NCBI GenBank assembly: GCA_964016885.1
Contig: CAXHJY010001706.1
Location: 44,105 to 108,104, forward strand
Length of the DNA stretch: 64,000 nucleotides
Direction: 5' to 3'
Origin: Eledone cirrhosa
Lineage: Eukaryota
Shown here: piece after piece, positions 37,678-64,000 of the stretch
Layout of the letters: every line of letters begins with the position of its first letter
Numbering within the stretch: position 1 is the first letter of the stretch
The notes under the pieces: model-generated
The model's input: the letters and a program-made list of their open reading frames with translations, nothing else
What the model was told of the DNA's origin: nothing
The model's database searches: none
Position numbers and translations under genes: made by a program

Positions 37678-37680
<3 letters not shown>
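36896..37680 (-). mobile_element. 3'UTR/pLTR fragment of PLE family 3, with a hammerhead and AT-rich simple repeats
   Basis: 36896-37019 is near identical to 62958-63080, which abuts a PLE ORF. Contains (TAAAAA)n and (TAAA)n tracts. Confidence 0.75.
36931..36988 (-). ncRNA. Type-I hammerhead ribozyme (GUU site)
   Basis: Minus strand: CTTTATGCT-CTGATGA-GTCCCAC(TTATA)GTGCGGAT-GAAA-CAATG-TT-AGCTAGTAAAG. Confidence 0.8.
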
Positions 37681-37718
<38 letters not shown>

Positions 37719-37720
37719 GC

Positions 37721-37754
<34 letters not shown>

Positions 37755-37756
37755 GC

Positions 37757-37808
<52 letters not shown>

Positions 37809-37810
37809 GC

Positions 37811-38002
<192 letters not shown>

Positions 38003-38004
38003 GC

Positions 38005-38039
<35 letters not shown>

Positions 38040-38077
38040 CATATATATAAATATATACATATATATATATATATACT

Positions 38078-38111
<34 letters not shown>

Positions 38112-38145
38112 CATATATATATATGTATATACATATATATATATG

Positions 38146-38287
<142 letters not shown>

Positions 38288-38358
38288 CATATATATATAT
38301 GTATACATATATATATACATATGTATATGTGTATGTATATGTATATATATATATATAT

Positions 38359-40894
<2,536 letters not shown>

Positions 40895-43212
40895 ATTCTC
40901 TTTTACTCTAACCTGTTTCAGCCATCCGGCTGAGGCCATGCTGGGGCACCGCCCCTGTTGCTACACATTTTATCTCCAGCCTGTATAGGTTGGCCACTGG
41001 TGTAGGAGGGAGTTTGTTGCTGCTGCCCTTAGGTTTCCCTCGTGTCTTGCTGTGGGCTCATCCGGGATCCTGGATAACAAGGTGTCGAGATGTTTCTTAA
41101 AGACATCCACCTCCACGTCATGCAAGTCTCGCAGATGCCTCGGCAGCCTGTTGAAGAGTTGAGGGCCCTTGAATCCCAGGCTATTGCAATACCTGCTCCT
41201 TATTCTAGATGTGGAAGACGGGACCTTTGGCAGCACACAGTGACGTCCTGTTCGACGGTTGGTCCAGCTCCCAATGCCAAAGTTTGGTGCTAGTCCCTCC
41301 AGGATTTTCCACATGTAGATCACTGCGTATCTCTCCCGTCTTCGCTCCAAGGAGTAGAGGTTCAGTTCCTTCAGCCTCTCCCAGTAGCTTGTCTCCCTCA
41401 TCTTGGCAATCCTCTTGGTGTAGCTTCGCTGGATTGCCTCAAGCTCTGTGGTTAGTTTGACACTATGGGGTGACCACAGCTGGGAGCAGTAGTCCAGGCG
41501 GCTTAGGACAAAAGTCCTCCACAGTGTCAACATGGTGTCTCGATCTCTTGTAAGGAAAGTCCTCAAGATCCAGCCAGCGAATCTTCTACATGCTGTCGCC
41601 ACCTTCATGATGTGTGAAGAAAAAGATGCATCATCGCTCATGTCTATGCCCAGGTCTCGTATCGATTTTGACACGGGGATATCGGTCCCTCCTGGTCCTG
41701 TGTAGCTGTGTTCCGCTATATTTGTGTTTGTGTTTGCAGGTTTGTATTGTAGGGCTTGGAATTTGCCAGCATTAAACTGCATGTTGTTTTCTTCCGCCCA
41801 TCTGTATATGGCATCCAGATCCTGCTGTAAGAGGGCAGCGTCAGCTGGGTTTTTGATTGCCTGTGCTACCTTAGTGTCATCAGTATAGCTAGTGAGGGAT
41901 GTTGTTGCATGCACCACAGAGGGCATGTCCGAGAGAGCCACCAAAAACAGTAGTGGTCCCAGGACTGTCCCCTGAGGCACCCCACTTGTTATCGGTGTTT
42001 CCCTCGAGAGGGCCCCATTTGCTGCGACTGCCTGGCTTCTGTCCCTTAAGAAGCCATGCAGCCACTCACCTACTTTTCCAGTTATGCCGAGTCCGTGTAG
42101 TTTGTGACATATCATTCCGTGGTCGACCTTGTCAAAGGCCTTCGCAAAGTCAAGATATATCACGTCTACATGTGAGCTGTCTAGTAGTTGTCTCAGTACC
42201 CAGTCGTAGTGATGTAGCAGCTGTGTAAGGCAGCTTCTTCCTGGGCGGAAGCCATGTTGCGTGCTAATCAGGCGGTCATTTTCTTCGAGGAAAGTGATTA
42301 GTTTCTTTCTGACGACTCGCTCTATGACCTTACTGATATGCGACGTCAGGGAGACTGGCCTATAGTTCTTGGCCTCCGCTCTACTACCTCCTTTATGGAT
42401 AGGGCATATTGTGCCTTCTTTCAGCTCCATGGGTAGTACACCGCCAGCCAAGGAGCTTCTGAAGAGCATCTTCAGTGGAGTTGCTAAGGCCCGCTTACAT
42501 ATTTTTAGGAGAACTGCTGGGAATCCATCAGGTCCAGCAGCCGAGTCTGTTCTAATTTCATCAATGGCGTACACCACATCCTCCTCCGTTATGTCTATGT
42601 GGTTGATGGTTGCCATTTCTTGATGTAGTGTTGTGGCATCAAAGAACTCCTCTGGCTTCGTTATTTGCATGTGCCTCAGTGGACATGTGAAGACACTTTT
42701 GTACTGTTCGTTCAGTATTTCACATATCTCTTGGGGATTTTCGGTTAATGAACCGTCCGTGTGGAAGAGTGGTCCAATCTTGCAGTGTACTGAGGCAGTT
42801 TCTTTTGCAAATTTAAAGAAGGCCTTAGGGTTTGTTTTAATGTTTTCTATGGCCCTGTTCTCTTTCCTTGCCCTCTCATTCTCATGTGAAAGCTTGAGTG
42901 CAATCTCGGTGTCAAGTAGTGCACGTTTCAAATAGGATTCCTTCTTGTTTTGGTTTTGTTGACTATTCAACTGGTTTGAGAGTTTAGTTCTACGTCTCAT
43001 AAGGATTTTCCTATCTCTGGAAATAAGATTTTTGTGTCTGTTTGCCTCTTTCTCCGGGACACACTTTTTGCATATGGTGTGTATCGTTGTCATGAAGTGT
43101 TGAAATTGTGTGTTAGTGTCTTGTGTGGCGATGTTTGCACTCCATGTTTGCTTCCGGATTTCACTCTTAATCTTCTTCCAGTCAGCCCCGTAGAAGTTAA
43201 GACTGGATAGCG
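40895..43212 (-). mobile_element. CR1-group LINE family B, 5'-truncated; RT ORF 40970-43093 open (YTDD)
   Basis: [40 protein letters not shown]. Confidence 0.95.
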
Positions 43213-45247
<2,035 letters not shown>

Positions 45248-45252
45248 CATAA

Positions 45253-45349
<97 letters not shown>

Positions 45350-45887
45350 GATAAATCTACCAAGAGTTTACGGTAGTGTCCAATCCGTATGAAGAACTCA
45401 ATGTATTCCGGATATCATGGAAAGAAGAGATGTAATGAAAATCCACTTTCGGTGAAAGATAAACGGTATACAGAGTCAAGATAAAATATTAAACAAATAA
45501 TGAACAAACAATTCCTTATATTAAACAAAAAAAGTTCACTATTTAACGATCGTTTCTAGGGTATATATGTGTTATAATTGGTATGCATATTCAACAGATC
45601 TATGTACAAAATTATACAAAATTATACAAATTATCAAGATTAAATATACATACCTAACACATATATACGCCGTCTTCAGAAATAATTATTTCTGAAGACG
45701 GCGTATATATGTGTTAGGTATGTATATTTAATCTTGATAATTTGTATAATTTTGTATCATTTTGTACATAGATCTGTTGAATATGCATACCAATTATAAC
45801 ACATATATACCCTAGAAACGATCGTTAAATAGTGAACTTTTTTTGTTTAATATAAGGAATTGTTTGTTCATTATTTGTTTAATATTT

Positions 45888-45890
<3 letters not shown>
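45350..45890. mobile_element. Hammerhead-bearing fold-back insertion: near-perfect 410-bp spacerless palindrome plus ~130-bp tail on the left
   Basis: 45481-45685 mirrors 45686-45890 around AGAAATAA|TTATTTCT. Flanked by (TA)n. Confidence 0.85.
45685..45833 (+). ncRNA. Type-I hammerhead with a very long stem II (GUU site); mirror copy at 45538-45686 minus
   Basis: ATTATTT-CTGAAGA-CGGCGTATATATGTGTTA...TAACACATATATACCCTA-GAAA-CGATCG-TT-AAATAGT. 7-bp stem I, palindromic stem III ACGATCGT. Confidence 0.8.
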
Positions 45891-48199
<2,309 letters not shown>

Positions 48200-48204
<5 letters not shown>

Positions 48205-50116
48205 ATATTTGGGGAGGGTCATATTTGCGTAATATTGCCAGAATTAATAACAGAACACACTCACTGTTTGGTTGGTTTTCGCTTCTCGCTGTCTTTTATA
48301 TATATATATCTGCGATCTAACTTACTCGGTCCTCAATGTTGCCATTGACTGACCGGCGGTCAAAAATAATACAGATACAATATAGACAAACACATATATA
48401 TATAGTTTACATAAATCTTTCGTTGCACATCTGCAACATCGTCAGTGGTGTTATATTCATTGTTCCTCCTGTTGTGTTGTATGTCTACGCCATTTTTTTT
48501 GTTCAGTCTGTCTATATATTTATTTATTTATTTGCTTGTTTGTTTATCTTATTTTATTTTGTCTTCTTTGCGCATGCGTTTGCGTGTGTGTATAGTGTTA
48601 TGTGTGATGTGTGACTAGTGTGTATAGTGTTGTGTCTGCTGGGTGACTAGTGTGTGTTTATGTGCTTGTGTATGTATTTATTTATCTTATTTTATTTAAT
48701 TTAATTTACTTATTTATTTATACTTCTCTTAGGTCAGTGTTGTTTGTTTGGGTGTTGTTGTTGTTCCACTCATTCTTTCTGTTTAGCTTTGGTCTTCTAA
48801 TTTCTATTTCACTGGCCTCTCTGATTTGCCTATCTGCTGGGTCATTCCTATGTTTAGATATTATTCTAATTTCTATGTTGTCTATGTTACCGTCATGATG
48901 TTGTCTAGCATGTTCGTATAGTACTGACCCGTTTTTTCGTCCTTTTAGTTCCCCCCAGTGTTGGTCTATCCTTTCACCTATGCTACGAGCTGTCTCACCT
49001 ATGTATGTTGTTGTCGTGTTTCTGCAAGTACCCTCTGTACATCTTATGCTATAGACTACGTTTCTAGTTTTACAGTTTATCCGGGGGTTCACCTTACATA
49101 TGATACATTTCCTATTGGTACAGTGGGTTTTCTTAAAAGGGTAGGTTTTGCTGATCAGGGATTTTATGGTGGTTCCTGGCTTTTCTACCACCTTTATTTT
49201 TAAGTGGGTCTTTCTCAGGGCCTTTCTACACTGGTTAGCTAATTTCCCTCCAGGGGTGGCGTCCACAAACATGACACTCTGATATCTCTGGTTGTCGTAC
49301 CATGATGTGGCCTTCCCTATCTTATGTCTAGCCCTATCTAAGCTATTCCATGATTTGCTCCTGTATAGTGGGCAAATTCCTTTCATGTCCAGTTCTATGA
49401 GGGTCTTATACTTTTCCATGGCTCCTTCGTATACTCTGACTCTGTCTCTTTGGTTGTAGCCAGAGAACTGCATGCGGTTGATGAAAGTGTTTGGATGTGT
49501 GTCCTTCCATTTCTGTTGGGTCGCACATGCTGGACACATTCTTCATCACTCGTACCAAATCTGCGATCAGAATATTAAACTTAGCACTACTGGACATTGC
49601 TGAGTTTTTGAGTATCAGGTATTTGGAGGCCATGGGTTTAGCATAGTGTGAGTGGAGAATTTGGGCTCTCTCGTCTATAGTGTTAATCCAGAGTTCTGTG
49701 TCTAATACAGGTAGTCTATTGTTAGGGTGTTTGGAAGGGAAGTCTATAGTTACAGTTATACTCTGGTGTATGGAATTAGCTATCTGCTGGATGCTTTCCA
49801 TCGTGCTACGTTCTAAATCAAACTTGTTAGTGCTCTCTAGTGGGGGTGTTCTTATAACTATATTGATATCGTCTACATAACGAGAGTACATGATGAGGTC
49901 TATGGAGCTTTCATTAAGGAGATCTTTAAGTCTCCTTTCCCACCATACCATGAAAAGGTTGGCAACATCGCCAGCTATGCTGACGCCGATGGCTGCTCCC
50001 TCATTTTGGGTGTAGATTTTCTCATTGAACTTAAATATGTGGCCCTTTAGGGTAGTTTTGATACTAGCCCCTATTGCATGTGCGACCATTTTTCTTACCT
50101 GATCAGTGTTTTGGGG
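48200..50116 (-). mobile_element. Inverted copy of the 3' 1.9 kb of PLE family 2
   Basis: Reverse complement of 50893-52805, with a small indel cluster at ~49485-49502. Confidence 0.95.
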
Positions 50117-50119
50117 TTA

Positions 50120-52287
50120 GCCTCAAGCAGCGCACAAGGGATGGTGAGGTAGTGTGTCTACCCACAGATAAGTCTGGTAGGATGTCAATAGATAGCATGC
50201 CGAACTACATCGAGGCAATGCAACCCCACATCACCAACACGAGCGAAGTTGCACAACTAACACACGATGGGAGAGAAAAAATCCTCAACGCTCACATGAT
50301 GATGTGGACTGACATCCTAAAGCCAAGCAGACGCACTGCCAACAACTTCCAGGCGTCTAACAATGGCATACCACCCTTGTATGGGCTCCGCAAAGACCAC
50401 AAGACAGTCGACGACCCGACAATAGGACCACCAACAAGACCTGTATGCGGAGCTAATATAGCTAGCAACTACAGGATCTCCTACTTCCTCTCAATGGTTA
50501 TACGCCCCATAATCAAGATGTCCCCAGATGTATGTGAAAGTACAGAGGACCTCCTCAGCAGAATCAGTGAGTGCAACAAAAACAGGAGCCTATCCAACTG
50601 CATAATAGGCAGCATGGATGTGGTGTCACTGTACCCATCCATTAACATTGATTTTGCTGTGAAAAGATGTGTGGAGATGATCATTGAGAGTGAGGTGGAG
50701 TTCTGCGACGTCGACACAGACGAACTGGGCCTCCTACTTAGACTTACCTACGACACTGACTACCTAGACAGCCATGACCTTAGATGTTTCTGCCCTAGTA
50801 GACCTATAAGAGGTAGACCCCCCACCATAACCTCAATGGCTAAAAAGACTCCCATAGGAAGGTGGATTGGGTGGACCAAAGCTATACGGACCCCCCAAAA
50901 CACTGATCAGGTAAGAAAAATGGTCGCACATGCAATAGGGGCTAGTATCAAAACTACCCTAAAGGGCCACATATTTAAGTTCAATGAGAAAATCTACACC
51001 CAAAATGAGGGAGCAGCCATCGGCGTCAGCATAGCTGGCGATGTTGCCAACCTTTTCATGGTATGGTGGGAAAGGAGACTTAAAGATCTCCTTAATGAAA
51101 GCTCCATAGACCTCATCATGTACTCTCGTTATGTAGACGATATCAATATAGTTATAAGAACACCCCCACTAGAGAGCACTAACAAGTTTGATTTAGAACG
51201 TAGCACGATGGAAAGCATCCAGCAGATAGCTAATTCCATACACCAGAGTATAACTGTAACTATAGACTTCCCTTCCAAACACCCTAACAATAGACTACCT
51301 GTATTAGACACAGAACTCTGGATTAACACTATAGACGAGAGAGCCCAAATTCTCCACTCACACTATGCTAAACCCATGGCCTCCAAATACCTGATACTCA
51401 AAAACTCAGCAATGTCCAGTAGTGCTAAGTTTAATATTCTGATCGCAGATTTGGTACGAGTGATGAAGAATGTGTCCAGCATGTGCGACCCAACAGAAAT
51501 GGAAGGACACATCCAACACTTCATCAACCGCATGCAGTTCTCTGGCTACAACCAAAGAGACAGAGTCAGAGTATACGAAGGAGCCATGGAAAAGTATAAG
51601 ACCCTCATAGAACTGGACATGAAAGGAATTTGCCCACTATACAGGAGCAAATCATGGAATAGCTTAGATAGGGCTAGACATAAGATAGGGAAGGCCACAT
51701 CATGGTACGACAACCAGAGATATCAGAGTGTCATGTTTGTGGACGCCACCCCTGGAGGGAAATTAGCTAACCAGTGTAGAAAGGCCCTGAGAAAGACCCA
51801 CTTAAAAATAAAGGTGGTAGAAAAGCCAGGAACCACCATAAAATCCCTGATCAGCAAAACCTACCCTTTTAAGAAAACCCACTGTACCAATAGGAAATGT
51901 ATCATATGTAAGGTGAACCCCCGGATAAACTGTAAAACTAGAAACGTAGTCTATAGCATAAGATGTACAGAGGGTACTTGCAGAAACACGACAACAACAT
52001 ACATAGGTGAGACAGCTCGTAGCATAGGTGAAAGGATAGACCAACACTGGGGGGAACTAAAAGGACGAAAAAACGGGTCAGTACTATACGAACATGCTAG
52101 ACAACATCATGACGGTAACATAGACAACATAGAAATTAGAATAATATCTAAACATAGGAATGACCCAGCAGATAGGCAAATCAGAGAGGCCAGTGAAATA
52201 GAAATTAGAAGACCAAAGCTAAACAGAAAGAATGAGTGGAACAACAACAACACCCAAACAAACAACACTGACCTAAGAGAAGTATAA
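50120..52287 (+). CDS. PLE reverse transcriptase + GIY-YIG endonuclease (5'-truncated, open frame)
   Basis: PTDKSG, LYGLRKDHK, RPVC, SMDVVSLYPSI, GAAIG, SRYVDD, LPVLD, CTNRKCIIC, VVYSIRC..YIGETARS..ERIDQH. Confidence 0.93.
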
Positions 52288-52552
52288 ATAAATAAGTAAA
52301 TTAAATTAAATAAAATAAGATAAATAAATACATACACAAGCACATAAACACACACTAGTCACCCAGCAGACACAACACTATACACACTAGTCACACATCA
52401 CACATAACACTATACACACACGCAAACGCATGCGCAAAGAAGACAAAATAAAATAAGATAAACAAACAAGCAAATAAATAAATAAATATATAGACAGACT
52501 GAACAAAAAAAATGGCGTAGACATACAACACAACAGGAGGAACAATGAATAT

Positions 52553-52617
52553 AACACCACTGACGATGTTGCAGATGTGCAACGAAAGATTTATGTAAAC
52601 TATATATATATGTGTTT
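52553..52617 (+). ncRNA. Hammerhead-like motif in the PLE family 2 pLTR (imperfect; mirror copy at ~48388-48452)
   Basis: CTGACGA-T-GTTGCA(GATG)TGCAAC-GAAA-GATTTATGTAAAC-TA. Stem I (AACACCA/TGTGTT) pairs only if the intervening TA run is looped out. Confidence 0.5.
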
Positions 52618-52850
52618 GTCTATATTGTATCTGTATTATTTTTGACCGCCGGTCAGTCAATGGCAACATTGAGGACCGAGTAAGTTAGATCGCAGATATA
52701 TATATATAAAAGACAGCGAGAAGCGAAAACCAACCAAACAGTGAGTGTGTTCTGTTATTAATTCTGGCAATATTACGCAAATATGACCCTCCCCAAATAT
52801 AACAATATCTGTTTCGACACACGATTTCATATAAAAAACCTCGCAAAACT

Positions 52851-62950
<10,100 letters not shown>

Positions 62951-62957
62951 TAATATA

Positions 62958-64000
62958 ATAAATAACAAAGAACGCCTATAGCATATGCATATCTTTACTT
63001 GCTAACATTGTTTCATCCGCACTATAAGTGGGACTCATCAGAGCATAAAGGTTAATTACATACCATACAAGCAATAACAATCCTCAATAAGAATGTTGTT
63101 AAACTTTCGTATTCTACAACCCAAAATCTGGCCTCTCATCTGGCCATTACTAATAATAAGAAAATAAAGGAAGGCCTGGACAACCTAAGCCTAGGGGAAA
63201 ACACGGTAGTGGACAGAGTGGGCAGAAACACAAGTGGTGATCATTCTGAGAATAGCATCACCAGAGGTTGTAACTGTAGAAGGGCTTCAGGCTGCCCCCT
63301 GAATGGTTTCTGCCTTGTTAGAAACATAGTTTATGCGTGTGATGTAGTAACTACGGCGTCCACTAAGACCTATATAGGATCAACCTCCACCCCCTTTAAG
63401 ACCAGGTTTAACTCTCACCAATGCACTTTTAGACATAATAAACTGAGGAACTCCACCTCCTTGCAGCGTACGTCCATAATTTAAAAAATGCACGAACACA
63501 TTACACACTTACTTGGCGGCAGGTTGCTAAATCCCATCCATATACTCCTCATAATAGAGTATGTAACCTATGCCTTGCCGAATCCCACTCTATTATATTT
63601 GCTAAATGCCCTCTACTAAATAGAAAGTCTGAAATATTTTCCTCTTGCCCCCACCGAATATTAAGCTCTTTCTTCTACTTTAAACCTGTTAGCTAGCACT
63701 TCCTTATTCCTCCAGTTGGGCTGTCTTGTGTAACTGTCTCTGATTGTGTGTAACTGTCTCCTATTGTTGGTCGTCTATGTATATGAGTCGGTGAATGTAT
63801 ACGTATGCCTGTGGGAGGATATTGATCTGGATATTGGGGTGTACAGGTGAGTGGGTGTGTATGTTAATAAGCACCCCTGTTTGGCACAGCGGATGTAACC
63901 CATCCACGCTCGCCTACCCACCATTGGTGCATTGGTGGGTCTATCCCGACGTATATCTTGTGGATCTGTACCTCTGTATGCGCATGAGTTGTGATGTAAT
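62958..64000 (+). mobile_element. Penelope-like element family 3 (Naiad-like), 5'-truncated, with an inverted pLTR piece (62958-63080); runs off the window end
   Basis: From ~63082: LNKNVVKLSYST..CNCRRASGCPLNGFC..IVYAC..YIGST..FKTRFNSH, then a frameshift and CNLCLAES..LLNRKSEIFSSCPHR. Confidence 0.88.
62993..63050 (-). ncRNA. Type-I hammerhead ribozyme (same family as 36931-36988)
   Basis: Minus strand: CTTTATGCT-CTGATGA-GTCC..GGAT-GAAA-CAATG-TT-AGCAAGTAAAG. Confidence 0.82.

Larger units (their letters stand above)
50117..52850 (+). mobile_element. Penelope-like element family 2 (Neptune-like Cys-rich linker), 5'-truncated, with a 45-nt 3' tail absent from the inverted arm
   Basis: Intact RT + GIY-YIG reading frame, followed by a 3'UTR with a hammerhead-like motif. 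Confidence 0.93.

Noticed and set aside
50074-50116. ATG start of the 737-aa PLE ORF
   Set aside because: The first ~14 codons come from the inverted arm; the true N-terminus is truncated.

Overview
Eukaryotic, gene-free, repeat-dense window; the SINE and RTE sequences resemble Octopus/cephalopod repeats as I recall them (not database-checked). Roughly half is interrupted (TA)n microsatellite, which produces all the 'YIYI' ORFs. The TA arrays carry nested retroelements: RTE LINEs with a PHD finger inside the RT, a bipartite non-autonomous RTE derivative (2 copies), two CR1-group LINE families (one apparently full length, with a Myb/SANT + CCCH ORF1 and an ATG-less ORF2 in the -1 frame behind slippery heptamers), and three Penelope-like elements (PLEs, GIY-YIG). 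The main result is a set of at least five unrelated sequence families with clear minimal type-I hammerhead ribozymes (CUGANGA...GAAA-short, usually palindromic stem III-UH), plus three partial or degenerate ones. Almost all sit in (TA)n as fold-back or inverted insertions. The set includes a near-homogeneous 310-bp retrozyme-like tandem array with 16 complete hammerheads and an internal polarity switch. Other features are a SINE-derived 21-bp minisatellite, a MITE-like element, a 3.56-kb tandem duplication and a ~2.8-kb higher-order periodicity hidden in the TA arrays. All folds and alignments were made by eye.
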